The position numbers and the translations under genes were made by a program. A DNA stretch of 64,000 nucleotides from a virus. Each line of letters opens with the position of its first letter. The first letter of the stretch is position 1. Below are positions 1-9,845 of the stretch, in pieces. The stretch spans positions 32,001 through 96,000 of the IMG/VR virus record IMGVR_UViG_3300032285_004073; one strand, written 5' to 3'. Under the pieces are notes generated by a model that saw only the letters and a list, made by a program, of their open reading frames with translations, did no database searches and was not told the origin of the DNA.

Positions 1-160
1 CAAATAAAGTAAACAGTATATATTGCAATCCTGTAGACAAAATAAAAGAAGCCCAAAAACTTCCATTAAATAATTTAACTGATAAACCAATCAATGTTGA
101 TATAACTAAAACAACAGATGTTGATTTGATAAATGTAACTAAATTTTTATTAATCTTCAT
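1..160 (-). CDS. Hypothetical membrane protein, truncated by the window edge
   Basis: Manual translation from ATG at 160: MKINKNLVTFIKSTSVVLVISTLIGLSVKLFNGSFWASFILSTGLQYILFTLF; two hydrophobic stretches, open to base 1; not in the ORF track. Confidence 0.6.
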   Translation of the reverse strand, partial: MKINKNLVTFIKSTSVVLVISTLIGLSVKLFNGSFWASFILSTGLQYILFTLF

Positions 161-202
161 TAGGATATATTCCTACATAGTGTAAGGAATATCAAGGAGA
201 TT

Positions 203-658
203 TTAACTAATACCAGGACTCTGTGGTGGTAAAGGACCGGCTAATTGAGCTATTACTAATAATTCTGAACCTATAGTTTTAATATTAATTAAGGTTTTAG
301 AAGAAAGTTCTTTTAATTCTTCCAATTGTCTTCTTTGGTTATTAGATAATGCTGCATTTTGATCTAAGCAGGTTTCTATTTTATTATAAGCCGCAGTTAA
401 ATATACAAAACTATCGGTTAAATCTTCATTTATTGTTTGGAGAGGCCAAGGAAGACTTTGAGTTTGTTCTGGTTGTGTATCTGTGGGAGGAAATACTGGA
501 GGAGCATTGTGTTGATATGGAAAATTATATCCATCTTTTGTACTAAAACCAACAAAGTCTTTACGAGGAGCTTCACTAGCTGCACCCATATGGGCATTAT
601 TCCATAAGGTGCTAATATCCTCATTTATAACTTCATTCAATGCTCTGTTTAAATCCAT
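203..658 (-). CDS. Hypothetical protein
   Basis: 151 aa ORF co-oriented with neighbours; Pro/Gln-rich middle, helical C-terminal half; no recognisable family. Confidence 0.6.
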   Translation of the reverse strand: MDLNRALNEVINEDISTLWNNAHMGAASEAPRKDFVGFSTKDGYNFPYQHNAPPVFPPTDTQPEQTQSLPWPLQTINEDLTDSFVYLTAAYNKIETCLDQNAALSNNQRRQLEELKELSSKTLINIKTIGSELLVIAQLAGPLPPQSPGIS

Positions 659-659
659 T

Positions 660-842
660 TTAAGCAGCTCTGCCTTGTCTGACTAAATTGCCACATCTTC
701 CACACTGCCAACGAATATTCTTTTCTGGCTGTTTGGTTTTTTGATTGACACTTTCTACAATTCTACCCTGGACATGAGCACCACAGAAAGTACATGCTAT
801 GGGCTGATTGGTAAGAATTTGATAATCTGGTTTGTTATTCAT
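660..842 (-). CDS. Small zinc-ribbon protein
   Basis: 60 aa with CTFC...CGRC; GTAAATA motif 6 nt upstream of the ATG. Confidence 0.6.
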   Translation of the reverse strand: MNNKPDYQILTNQPIACTFCGAHVQGRIVESVNQKTKQPEKNIRWQCGRCGNLVRQGRAA

Positions 843-848
843 ATTCTA

Positions 849-855
849 TATTTAC
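849..855 (-). promoter_or_regulatory. Late-promoter-like motif GTAAATA
   Basis: 6 nt before ATG 842; overlaps the phoH stop codon. Confidence 0.4.
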
Positions 856-1736
856 TCGTGGTCACCAGGTTTCCAATCTTTTTTATGATTGTTTTCCTTG
901 TGATGTTGTTGTTTATTAGCTTCTTCTTGTTGTTTAAGAAGCTGTAATTCTTTGAATTTATGAGTAATAAATCTGCAAAGCTCGGAACGAACTATGTCTT
1001 CTTCTGTTAATTCCATACAAAAAATGCCTTGAGACTTAGCTTCATCATTATTGAATAAATCAAAGACTTTATTGAAGCCAGATTTACCAACAGGTAAATC
1101 ACTTTGTTCTGGGTCACCACAAAGAAATACTTTAGAAAATTCTCCAATACGGCTCATTAAAGTATGTATTTCTCTGGTAGAAAAATTTTGTACTTCGTCT
1201 GCGCATATAAACTTTGCCGAGAAATGTAATCCTCTAGCAAAATTAATAGGACAAATGGTTAATCTATTATCTTTTTGAAGTCTATCTAATTGAGCTTTAC
1301 AAAGAAGTTCTTCAAATTTATCATGAAATGGTGTAAGATAAACTGCTATCTTTTCGTCTAAAGTTCCTGGTAAGAAACCTAATTTAGAATCAGAAGATTC
1401 TACAGCAGATCGAACTAATACCATGTCAGAAATTCTCTTCATATTAAGAAGAGTAAGACCACAATACATAGCAAGAGTTGTCTTGGATGTGCCTGCCGGG
1501 CCTTTGAGTAAAAGGACCTTAGTACCTTTATCTAGAAATCTACCAATAATTTCTTTTTGTTTTTCCGTCCAAGGCAAATTCTTAATTGTTAAATCAAATG
1601 AGATCTTATCTCTTTGAAAAACATAAGGGGAATTGTCTGCAGTTTTTCCAGCTTCAATGGCTGTTGACGTTTCGTGATGAACTCTACCTGATTGCTTGCG
1701 GTTGAATTCCTTCTTAGCGCGGGGTTTTTTGCCCAT
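852..1736 (-). CDS. phoH: PhoH-family ATPase
   Basis: GPAGTSKT P-loop, LVRSAVE, LGFLPGTLDEK, FARGLHF, DEVQN, SRIG, GDPEQSD: the PhoH motif series. Confidence 0.95.
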   Translation of the reverse strand: MGKKPRAKKEFNRKQSGRVHHETSTAIEAGKTADNSPYVFQRDKISFDLTIKNLPWTEKQKEIIGRFLDKGTKVLLLKGPAGTSKTTLAMYCGLTLLNMKRISDMVLVRSAVESSDSKLGFLPGTLDEKIAVYLTPFHDKFEELLCKAQLDRLQKDNRLTICPINFARGLHFSAKFICADEVQNFSTREIHTLMSRIGEFSKVFLCGDPEQSDLPVGKSGFNKVFDLFNNDEAKSQGIFCMELTEEDIVRSELCRFITHKFKELQLLKQQEEANKQQHHKENNHKKDWKPGDHE

Positions 1737-1748
1737 ATTTGTTATTAC

Positions 1749-2177
1749 TTAGACAACTGCTCCCTGAACTTTTGTATTGATTGGAGGGTTAACACTTCTT
1801 ACGTTGTTATCTGTTTGTGTATTATTATTTTTCTCCGATGAGGAAGCTGTAGGAGTTACAGGTTTGGTTGAAGATACTGTACCTGTATCAATTGGTTTGG
1901 CATCGAGACCTGCCTTTTTAAAGAGCTCTAAAGTTTTAGCTTGAATTGATGGGTCTAGACTTGAAAATTTAGTTGGAGTTTCATCGTTAAGCATATCAGC
2001 TATTGTAGTTAATAATTCATGATTGGAGCCGCCTTGAGTCCCTAATTTATCAAGAGTAGCATTTAAAGTATCTTTGTCTTTAGAAGGCAAATGTTGTATA
2101 GCATCATTAGCTCTGTCTAAAGTTGTGGGATTTATATTGGCTTCTGCCTCGTTTATTATTTGATCAAACTTCATCAT
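1749..2177 (-). CDS. Hypothetical protein (probably late-expressed)
   Basis: 142 aa; MKFDQIINEA-type start; GTAAATA 5 nt upstream; Thr/Ser/Asn-rich tail. Confidence 0.6.
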   Translation of the reverse strand: MMKFDQIINEAEANINPTTLDRANDAIQHLPSKDKDTLNATLDKLGTQGGSNHELLTTIADMLNDETPTKFSSLDPSIQAKTLELFKKAGLDAKPIDTGTVSSTKPVTPTASSSEKNNNTQTDNNVRSVNPPINTKVQGAVV

Positions 2178-2182
2178 AATAA

Positions 2183-2189
2183 TATTTAC
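2183..2189 (-). promoter_or_regulatory. Late-promoter-like motif GTAAATA
   Basis: 5 nt before ATG 2177, in the divergent intergenic region. Confidence 0.55.
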
Positions 2190-2248
2190 AACTCAAACAT
2201 ATAAAGTCATCGTTTCTAAAAAAAATGCTAAAACGTGCCAAATGAAGG

Positions 2249-2255
2249 ATAAATA
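2249..2255 (+). promoter_or_regulatory. Late-promoter-like motif (G)ATAAATA for sheath
   Basis: 15 nt before ATG 2271; resembles the T4 late consensus TATAAATA. Confidence 0.6.
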
Positions 2256-2270
2256 GTCTCATAATTTTAT

Positions 2271-4496
2271 ATGTCTACTTTAACCTTAGCATCACCAGGT
2301 GTACAAATTAACGAAGTTGATCTTAGCGTCTTAACATCAACAAGCGGTCAAACCAATGTCTTCGTCACAGGATTTACCTCAAAAGGGCCTACAGATGAAA
2401 TTGTAAATGTTACTAGTATTTCAGATTTCGAAAATACATTCGGAACTCCTAGTAATGCTGCAGAGCGTTATCTTTATCAATCTGCAAGACAGATTTTAAA
2501 TAACTCACCGGCCAATCTTTTAGTTTCTAGAATGCCATACGGCTCTGGCACCGGTGCAGGATTTTCTAATTCTTATAGTGCTTTGGTTTATCCTATCTCC
2601 GCAGTAGATGCAAATGGTAATGATGCACCTTATCAGAGTGCTACACAATATGTAGTATTGCCTCCAGTTTCAATATTGCTTACCCAACAGCAGTATACAA
2701 ACTACATCGAAGATAATAATATTTCTTGGAATGAAAATTATAACAGTTCAGATATAACCGATGCCTCAAATTTAGGTCGTGCAGGTATTATCGTAGTCAA
2801 TCCTACTAAATTAGGTGTTGACAGTCTCTATCAAGGATATTATGTAGGATTGGCTGATAATTCTAATAATAACCCAGCTACAGATTTTATTGCTATTACA
2901 GGTGTTAATACAGTTTATCAAGTTAATAATGGTAATAGTCAAACATTCCAGTCAGTTCCACAATCACGCCTAGCGTTTACTTTAACTCAACCTTTCTCCT
3001 CTCCAGGAAGTAGTATTTCTTATGTTATAGAGAGCTTCCCTACAACATATAGTTTTGGTGCAAGTGCGTATAATGATTGTTTATCTTTATTAGTATTTAA
3101 ATTAAGAGCTTCAACATATAATGCGGATGTCACCACATTATCTTATAATGTAACAGAAGGATATACAGGTTCACTTTATTCTAATAGAACCGCACAAAAT
3201 CCAAACGGAGGAAGTCCAGTTACCTTTAATTTAGCTCAATTAGCCAATCAGAAATCCCGTGATATTCATGTTCTTGTAAATCCAAATATATCTAATGGGT
3301 CTAACTGGGTTAATAGTAATGGGTTTACTAAAAAGGTAAGAGTCTCAGATGCAGCTAAAAATCTTTATTCAACTGGTGTATATCAAGCTGATACTGATTT
3401 GACAGCTAATGACGTGGGAAATGTACCACAAAAATTAGATCGTGTATTAAGCCTTATTGATACGCTTGATCAGCCTTTAGATGTAACCATCGAAGCTGGT
3501 TTGGGAACTATTTGGGCGAGTGCTTACAAGCGTTGGACGGATTCCGCTTTCGGAAAATCATCAATTGGACAACCAACGGTATTTGACGAAAATTATAATT
3601 TAAGTATTACAGGACTTATAAACCAACAAAATGGTTATTCCGATTCTGTGGCTTTAAAATACAATGAAATAGCCAGTCGTTTTGTATCATTTGCTGAAAA
3701 AACACGTCAAGATCATATATTCATAGCCGATCCTTTAAGAAACTTGTTTGTTACTGGTGGCAATTATAAGACTAGTAAAGATCCTTCATTTAATTTCTCA
3801 ACAAACATTTACTGGGGATTAAAAAATCTTTATAGCAGTAGCACTTCAAGTTATGCTGCAACATACGGTAACTGGTTGCTTGTAAATGATGCGGCTTCTA
3901 ATTCACAGGTATGGGTTCCTTCCTCTGGATGGGTTGCAACTATCTTGGCTCAAACATCACAGAAGAATTTCCCGTGGTCAGCTCCTGCTGGTTTAAATCG
4001 CGGAACATTAACAAATGTTCTTGATTTAGCTATTAACCCAACACAAAAGCAAAGAGACCTTCTTTATAGAATCAATATTAATCCTATAGCCTACTTCCCT
4101 GGAGACGGATTTGCGATATATGGTCAAAAAACTCTTTTCACTAAGCCTTCTGCTTTTGATAGAATTAATGTTCGTAGACTTTTCTTAACATTAGAAAAAG
4201 CTACACAACGACTCTTGAAGTATTATGTATTTGAACCTAATACCTTTACCACAAGAGCCAGATTGGTTAACTCCCTTAAACCGATATTTGATCAAGCACA
4301 AAACAATAATGGTTTATATGCTTATCAAATTGTTTGTGACGAACGCAATAACACACCAGATGTAATTGATGCTAATACATTAGCAATATCAATTTATATT
4401 CAGCCCGTAAGAACTTCTGAATTTATCTTGTGTGACTTTATTGCCACACAAACCGGTGTTAATTTCAATGAATTAATTGGAACCAATCAATTCTAA
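2271..4496 (+). CDS. gp18: Contractile tail sheath protein (T4 gp18-like)
   Basis: N-terminal SPGVQINEVDLS; C-terminal PWSAPAGLNRG, INPIAYFPG, YGQKTL, SAFDRINVRRLFL, FEPNTFTTR, CDERNNTPDVID. Confidence 0.96.
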   Translation: MSTLTLASPGVQINEVDLSVLTSTSGQTNVFVTGFTSKGPTDEIVNVTSISDFENTFGTPSNAAERYLYQSARQILNNSPANLLVSRMPYGSGTGAGFSNSYSALVYPISAVDANGNDAPYQSATQYVVLPPVSILLTQQQYTNYIEDNNISWNENYNSSDITDASNLGRAGIIVVNPTKLGVDSLYQGYYVGLADNSNNNPATDFIAITGVNTVYQVNNGNSQTFQSVPQSRLAFTLTQPFSSPGSSISYVIESFPTTYSFGASAYNDCLSLLVFKLRASTYNADVTTLSYNVTEGYTGSLYSNRTAQNPNGGSPVTFNLAQLANQKSRDIHVLVNPNISNGSNWVNSNGFTKKVRVSDAAKNLYSTGVYQADTDLTANDVGNVPQKLDRVLSLIDTLDQPLDVTIEAGLGTIWASAYKRWTDSAFGKSSIGQPTVFDENYNLSITGLINQQNGYSDSVALKYNEIASRFVSFAEKTRQDHIFIADPLRNLFVTGGNYKTSKDPSFNFSTNIYWGLKNLYSSSTSSYAATYGNWLLVNDAASNSQVWVPSSGWVATILAQTSQKNFPWSAPAGLNRGTLTNVLDLAINPTQKQRDLLYRININPIAYFPGDGFAIYGQKTLFTKPSAFDRINVRRLFLTLEKATQRLLKYYVFEPNTFTTRARLVNSLKPIFDQAQNNNGLYAYQIVCDERNNTPDVIDANTLAISIYIQPVRTSEFILCDFIATQTGVNFNELIGTNQF

Positions 4497-4505
4497 TCTT
4501 AAAGG

Positions 4506-4512
4506 ATAAATA
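4506..4512 (+). promoter_or_regulatory. Late-promoter-like motif ATAAATA for tube
   Basis: 5 nt before ATG 4518; same GGATAAATA context as the sheath site. Confidence 0.65.
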
Positions 4513-4517
4513 TTAAT

Positions 4518-5066
4518 ATGCCTAACTTATTCGAAAATCAAGATATCAATTCATTCTATCAGAATGCAATCAATAGAGACTTTGCACGTACTAATCTATT
4601 TAGATTACTGAATATTAATTCAGGAAGTACTAATGTCTCTTTTGACACTTCTGATTTAGTATATGTCACATCCACTACATTACCACAGCGTTCTATTAAT
4701 AACGTTCAGGTTCCTTTTATGGGATTAAGTTTCAATGTACCAGGAACTGCTCAGTACCCAAATAGTAATGGTTGGTCTGTAACATTTAGAATGCCGCAGG
4801 ATCTTGGAATAAGACAAAAATTAGAGCAATGGTCAAGAGGTGTATTTGATGATGCAACTAGTACAGGTGCTTATGAAGTAAAAAATTTAGGTGATATTAC
4901 ATTAGCCCTTATGGGTAAGAATGGAAATCCGTTAGCTGTTTACAATTTAATAGGAGCATATCTAGTTAATATTGGTGATTATACATTGGATGTAACAACA
5001 GCCGGTGAAATAGTTACACAACCAGCAACTATTGCTTATCAATATTGGACTAGCACATTAGCTTAA
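4518..5066 (+). CDS. gp19: Tail tube protein (T4 gp19-like)
   Basis: 182 aa directly after sheath; DFARTNLF, TLPQRSI..VQVPFMG, PGT..Y, WSVTF, IAYQYW. Confidence 0.88.
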   Translation: MPNLFENQDINSFYQNAINRDFARTNLFRLLNINSGSTNVSFDTSDLVYVTSTTLPQRSINNVQVPFMGLSFNVPGTAQYPNSNGWSVTFRMPQDLGIRQKLEQWSRGVFDDATSTGAYEVKNLGDITLALMGKNGNPLAVYNLIGAYLVNIGDYTLDVTTAGEIVTQPATIAYQYWTSTLA

Positions 5067-5082
5067 TATTTTATCTGTCTAG

Positions 5083-5089
5083 ATAAATA
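5083..5089 (+). promoter_or_regulatory. Late-promoter-like motif ATAAATA
   Basis: 6 nt before ATG 5096. Confidence 0.6.
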
Positions 5090-5095
5090 TATTAA

Positions 5096-5794
5096 ATGTC
5101 TAATAGTCCCTACGTCTTTTATCTTGATGTCTTAAGTGATTGGGCTTCTACCATTGCCCTTGAGAGTCAATGGTTCTTGTATTTTGATTTAGCATCTGTA
5201 AATGCATTAAAAGGTGATTTAGGAGCTACTGTTAGAAATTATGATTCTGGTAGCCCAGCAAGTTGGGGTATAAGCTCTGCAACAACATCTGGTTTACTTA
5301 AAGATAAATATCAATTATCTACAGAAAGTTTGGTTGGGTGTGTTTTTGCTAGACAAGTTACTTTACCAGCTGAAAAAATTAATGCTTCTAATGAAGGTGT
5401 TGAATATGCGAGTTATTTAGGACCGGCAACGTCTTCTAATAGAGACCCATATAATAAATTAAGTATAGTTTTTACAGAAAGCAATGCTTCTTTTATAGAT
5501 TTAATTTTAAGACCTTGGTCTATTTTAGTAGGTTATAATGGTTTAGTGGCCAGGGCTCCAGGATCTCCTAAAAATGTAAAATGTGATTTTGCTGATGTAG
5601 TATTTTTGGCAAAAAATGGTTCTGGTAACGCTATGTCAAAACGCAAAATTTTTAGATTTTATAATATAGCCCCTGTATCTGTTACTGGTTTATCACAAAC
5701 ATATGCAGCCGAAGGTATGATTTACGGTAATGTTGATTTTGTTTACGATTATTATAGTGTGTTTGATGCTGATACTTCAAACCATTTTATTTGA
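5096..5794 (+). CDS. Tail-tube-fold protein (gp54/gp19 paralog-like)
   Basis: ARQVTLPAE, YNKLSIVFTE, FRFYNIAPVSV, VDFVYDYY: tube-family pattern; follows the tube gene. Confidence 0.6.
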   Translation: MSNSPYVFYLDVLSDWASTIALESQWFLYFDLASVNALKGDLGATVRNYDSGSPASWGISSATTSGLLKDKYQLSTESLVGCVFARQVTLPAEKINASNEGVEYASYLGPATSSNRDPYNKLSIVFTESNASFIDLILRPWSILVGYNGLVARAPGSPKNVKCDFADVVFLAKNGSGNAMSKRKIFRFYNIAPVSVTGLSQTYAAEGMIYGNVDFVYDYYSVFDADTSNHFI

Positions 5795-5825
5795 TAATAA
5801 ATAGAGTCTTTGTTATAATATATTG

Positions 5826-6791
5826 ATGCTGGAATATATTCACAATATAGAAATGCCTTTTTGTGGCAAAAATATTAATTTTAGAGAATTAACAAATTTA
5901 GAACAAATATATATTTCCAAGGCAAATATAGTAATGCCGCCAGAAAATAAAGAACCTGAATTATACAGTTCTTATTTTAAGAATATTGTTTTTAATTGTG
6001 TACAAAACAAAGAGGTTTTAAAAGAATTAAATTTAATAGAATATATTCTATTTATTACAAAATTAAGAATGACTTGTTTTGGTTCGGATATAGAACTTTC
6101 TTATAATCAAGAAAACGAAAATGATGAATACAAAAATGTCAAAATAAATATAGAGTTGCAATCATTTATGCAAAATCTTTATAATGGTTCTTCTTGTCTT
6201 GAAAGAAATCCAATTACCATTAATAATATTGAAATTGTTTTAAATTGGCCATTACAAACATCAGAAAATTATTTTCTCAAGCTTGATTCGGATGTAAATT
6301 CTGTTATTTCATCCTTGCCAGAATTTGTATCGGAAATACGAATCAAAGACAAAATAATAAAAATGTTAGATTATTCTATTGAACAAAAACAAGATATATT
6401 TAATAATCTTCCCGTTGCTGTAAGAACTAGAATTCAAAATGAAATTTTGAAATCATTACAAACATTATCAACTCAAGATTTATTTGGTATTAAACATTTG
6501 TCTAATTATAAATTCAGCTTTTTTAATAAATTATATCAAGACATAATAAGATTATTTTTTTCTTTTGATTTAAGAGGATTGTATAGAGAGTATTATATTC
6601 TAGCTTCTAAAAGAATACCACCTTTTTATTTGGATAATAAAACATCAACAGATAAAAAAATTTATTTGTCTATTCTAGAAGAAGAAATGGCTAGTAGAGA
6701 ATCTTCAGATATCAATTCAGGAGGAACTCCATTAGGTGGTACTCCTCTCGAAAATTTAGCTCGTGAATTTGGAGATGAATTACCTAATTAA
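5826..6791 (+). CDS. Baseplate hub assembly protein (gp26/gp51-like)
   Basis: N-terminal EMPFCGKNINFRELT...EYILFITKLRMTCFG resembles gp26-type proteins; ATG at 5826 preferred to TTG at 5823; baseplate context. Confidence 0.5.
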   Translation: MLEYIHNIEMPFCGKNINFRELTNLEQIYISKANIVMPPENKEPELYSSYFKNIVFNCVQNKEVLKELNLIEYILFITKLRMTCFGSDIELSYNQENENDEYKNVKINIELQSFMQNLYNGSSCLERNPITINNIEIVLNWPLQTSENYFLKLDSDVNSVISSLPEFVSEIRIKDKIIKMLDYSIEQKQDIFNNLPVAVRTRIQNEILKSLQTLSTQDLFGIKHLSNYKFSFFNKLYQDIIRLFFSFDLRGLYREYYILASKRIPPFYLDNKTSTDKKIYLSILEEEMASRESSDINSGGTPLGGTPLENLAREFGDELPN

Positions 6792-6796
6792 AATAT

Positions 6797-7618
6797 ATGC
6801 CAGAGAATTCTGTAGAAATTGAAACCTTGTCATTTAAAGATGCTCTTAATGCTTTAGATGCAATTACTAAAGACACATTTGTTAGTGATGTTTGGATACC
6901 ATCTCTTAACAGAACAATTTCTATTAAAGAAATTAATGCCAAACAACAAAAAAATTTATTAGAAGCAGCAATAGATTCCTCCGTTTATAAATCTTCTTTT
7001 GCTAAAGCTTTTTATGAAATTATAACAACTAATATATCAGAATCTAAAGAAGTTATTGATAACTTGACATTAGCAGATAAAATTTCTATTTCCGTTTGTT
7101 TAAGAAATCAGATAGCACCTACTATAAAAGTAGAATTTACAGAAGGTGCAGAATCTGAAGATTATCCTTTGAATACTATTATTGAGAGGGTTAAAGCTTA
7201 TACACCACCTAACTCAGAGACTTTTGAAATTACGAAAAACGGAGTTTCTGTATCGGTAACAACGGCTCTTCCCACTATACTTTCAGATGTTCAATTTGAT
7301 ACTTTTTTATTAAAAAATAAAAAGAAAACAGAAGATTCTGAAGAAGTAAAAACAATTATTACAGATGCTTTCTTAGGAGAGACTTCCAAATATATAAAAA
7401 GTCTTTCTATTGACGGGGTAGATTTAAATTATTCTTCCTTTTCAATATATCAAAAGATTCAATTTGTAGAAAAATTACCGGGAGCTATAATACAACAAAT
7501 TTTAAATATAGTTACAAAATGGAAAAAAGAATTGGAAGATTTAATCACCGTAAAATCTTTAGACGGTGAAAAATCTAAAGTATTAGAGTTAGATAGTTTG
7601 TTATTTTTGAACAATTGA
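6797..7618 (+). CDS. Baseplate hub protein (gp26-like)
   Basis: VWIPSLNRTISIKEINAKQQKNLL...LTLADKISISVCLR..IAP; typical gp26-family pattern; precedes tape measure. Confidence 0.55.
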   Translation: MPENSVEIETLSFKDALNALDAITKDTFVSDVWIPSLNRTISIKEINAKQQKNLLEAAIDSSVYKSSFAKAFYEIITTNISESKEVIDNLTLADKISISVCLRNQIAPTIKVEFTEGAESEDYPLNTIIERVKAYTPPNSETFEITKNGVSVSVTTALPTILSDVQFDTFLLKNKKKTEDSEEVKTIITDAFLGETSKYIKSLSIDGVDLNYSSFSIYQKIQFVEKLPGAIIQQILNIVTKWKKELEDLITVKSLDGEKSKVLELDSLLFLNN

Positions 7619-7642
7619 TTCTTCTAGAGTTAGGCATAGGAT

Positions 7643-7649
7643 CTAAGTA
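7643..7649 (+). promoter_or_regulatory. Late-promoter-like motif CTAAGTA
   Basis: 6 nt before ATG 7656 (tape measure). Confidence 0.5.
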
Positions 7650-7655
7650 TTCTAT

Positions 7656-9842
7656 ATGCCCCCAGAAGTACAAGCCTTAATAATTTCTAAATTAGAAAAA
7701 ATGGATCCTTTGGATTCAGGAGCTTTTTTTAGAATTGTACTAGAAGATAAATCAATTCAAAAAATTGTTTTAGATAAATTAACTAAAATAGTAGGTTCTA
7801 CTAATTTAGAAAAAGTATTCAATACTGCTGCTGCGCAAATACAACAAAGCGTAAACAAAATTAGGAGTGCAGCAGATGCTGCATCTACTATTGTTGATGA
7901 CCTCTCAACTAAATCTAAGAAATCCGGTTCCTCATCTTCTAAGGATAAAGATAAAGCAATGTTGGAATTTTTGAAAGTTTTAGGACTTTCTTTAACTACT
8001 GGTAAAAGGGGTTCGTCAATAGAACCTATATTGTATAAAACCAAAAAAGATGAATTAGAATTATCTGAAAGTTCTATTAAAAAATTTGCTAAGGTGGCTG
8101 GTCTTTCTAGTAAAGAAACTGACCTTTTACTTAAAAAATTAAAAACTACTGTAGATCATATAGATGATAATTTAGGTCTTTTGGACAGCTTTTTAAAGCG
8201 CAAATCTGGCGGTTTTCTTGACCTTCTTATTAGTTTTGGTAAATTATTGTTATCTGGTGGACTTGCTATTTTACTCTCATCATCTTTTGGCCCAGCAATT
8301 ACTGGAGTCGTAGATCGTATTTTTGGAACTAATTTAACTGGATTATTTGCTCCTTATAGACAAGCCCTAGCTAAATGGCAGGGTTACATAGATATGTTTG
8401 GGAAATATTCTGTTGAAATTGGTTTATTACTACTAAACGGAGCTAGTGGATTTAAAAAATTATTAACCATGGGTGTTTTTGGTGGTAGATTATCTAAAGG
8501 CATAACAGAAGCTTCAAAAATAGTAAAGCCGGGTATAATAGAAAGATTAAAACTAGCTGCTGGAATCATTAAAGTAGATCCTTTAAAGAATTTACCAGCC
8601 ATGGAAAGAGATGCTAAGGGTGTAATAAGAATAGCTAAAGGTGTAAAAGATGCTTCTGGAGTTGGAATTGGTGGGCGTATGGTGTCAAAAGAGGCAGCTG
8701 CAGCGTTTGAGGCAGCTGAAAAAGCGGCTGCAGCTGCAGCTGCAAAGGCTGCTTCAATGGGTTTTATAGGCAAGTCTTTAGGAAACATAACAAGTTTTAT
8801 AGGAAAAGCTACAAGTGTGGTAGGGAATGCTCTTAAATTTAGTGGTTTTGAAAAAATAGGTGGCAGTCTACTAGGTAAAATAGGAGGTAAGCTTTTTAGA
8901 AGAATTCCTTTTGTAGGTGCTTTGATTAGTTTTGGTTTAGGTATAAAAAAGATTTTTGATGGTGATGTAATAGGTGGTATGTTTGATATAACTTCTGCAC
9001 TTGTTGGTTTTATTCCTTTTGTGGGTATTCCTTTATCATTTGCTATAGATCTTTTAGGCAGTGCTGTAACTAATGCAGCGGGAGGAGATAAAAATAAAAA
9101 AGGAGATGTTATATCGACTTTTTTCAAAAATTTAATGAAAAATTTTCTTAGAACTTTTGTTAATTTTATGCCAGAAAGTTTCGGCATAAGAGCTGCTGTT
9201 GCAAAATTTTTAGGAGTCGATATAGGTGCTGCTGGTAATGAAAATATAACACCACCAGTTAATCCTCAAATGCCTACCAAACCATCTACCCCTGGTGATC
9301 ATGCTTTAAAAATGGGTGAAACATTTAGTAAAGATCAAGTAACTCCAGAATTTTTAGCAAAACATCCCGGATTAAAATGGTTCCAGCAAGGAAAGGATAA
9401 AAGTAGAGGATTTTATAAAAATACTATTGAAGAAAATCAAGAACAACAATCTTCTTCTCCACCAGCGACTCCTGCCCCAGTTCCAGCTCCAGCTCCGGCT
9501 CCTGCGCCGGCTCCTACACCGAAGTGGCATGTTGGGTCGACACCACCTAAATTTTGGGTTTCAAAGGAAATGGAGGAAGCTGCACAAAGCAATTCTTGGT
9601 CAAAACGATTTGCTACAAATGAATTGCATCCGGAATTAAAACAACATTTGTCATCTTTGAGTCGTATAATGTCCGATATGTCTTTAAGCTTTAAAGATTA
9701 TCAAAATGCTATGTCCCAAGCTAATAATTCTATTGTAAGTATTAATAATACTTCCGTATCAGATGGTGGTTCTGAAGGATTCTTTATGGGTTCTAGAGAT
9801 CCATTATTTGAAACACGATTTGCTTATAAAAATCTCAAATAA
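7656..9842 (+). CDS. Tape-measure / gp29-like protein
   Basis: 728 aa, Gly/Ala/Lys-rich amphipathic repeats; RIPFVGALISFGLG and FIPFVGIPLSFAIDL motifs typical of tape measures; between hub and gp48-like genes. Confidence 0.7.
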   Translation: MPPEVQALIISKLEKMDPLDSGAFFRIVLEDKSIQKIVLDKLTKIVGSTNLEKVFNTAAAQIQQSVNKIRSAADAASTIVDDLSTKSKKSGSSSSKDKDKAMLEFLKVLGLSLTTGKRGSSIEPILYKTKKDELELSESSIKKFAKVAGLSSKETDLLLKKLKTTVDHIDDNLGLLDSFLKRKSGGFLDLLISFGKLLLSGGLAILLSSSFGPAITGVVDRIFGTNLTGLFAPYRQALAKWQGYIDMFGKYSVEIGLLLLNGASGFKKLLTMGVFGGRLSKGITEASKIVKPGIIERLKLAAGIIKVDPLKNLPAMERDAKGVIRIAKGVKDASGVGIGGRMVSKEAAAAFEAAEKAAAAAAAKAASMGFIGKSLGNITSFIGKATSVVGNALKFSGFEKIGGSLLGKIGGKLFRRIPFVGALISFGLGIKKIFDGDVIGGMFDITSALVGFIPFVGIPLSFAIDLLGSAVTNAAGGDKNKKGDVISTFFKNLMKNFLRTFVNFMPESFGIRAAVAKFLGVDIGAAGNENITPPVNPQMPTKPSTPGDHALKMGETFSKDQVTPEFLAKHPGLKWFQQGKDKSRGFYKNTIEENQEQQSSSPPATPAPVPAPAPAPAPAPTPKWHVGSTPPKFWVSKEMEEAAQSNSWSKRFATNELHPELKQHLSSLSRIMSDMSLSFKDYQNAMSQANNSIVSINNTSVSDGGSEGFFMGSRDPLFETRFAYKNLK
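9466..9519 (+). repeat. Low-complexity Pro-Ala repeat (ATPAPVPAPAPAPAPAPTP), flexible linker
   Basis: Degenerate 6-nt cc(a/g/t)gct units inside the tape-measure ORF. Confidence 0.8.
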
Positions 9843-9845
9843 TAT

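Noticed and set aside
8692-8757. Ala-rich gcagct repeats as a DNA-level repeat element
   Set aside because: Explained by a poly-Ala helix in the tape-measure protein
8384-9187. 267 aa minus-strand ORF inside the tape measure (also 7757-8044 and 18315-18824)
   Set aside because: Pro/Ile/Lys/Ala composition mirrors the antisense of Gly/Ala-rich codons; no start signals or domains
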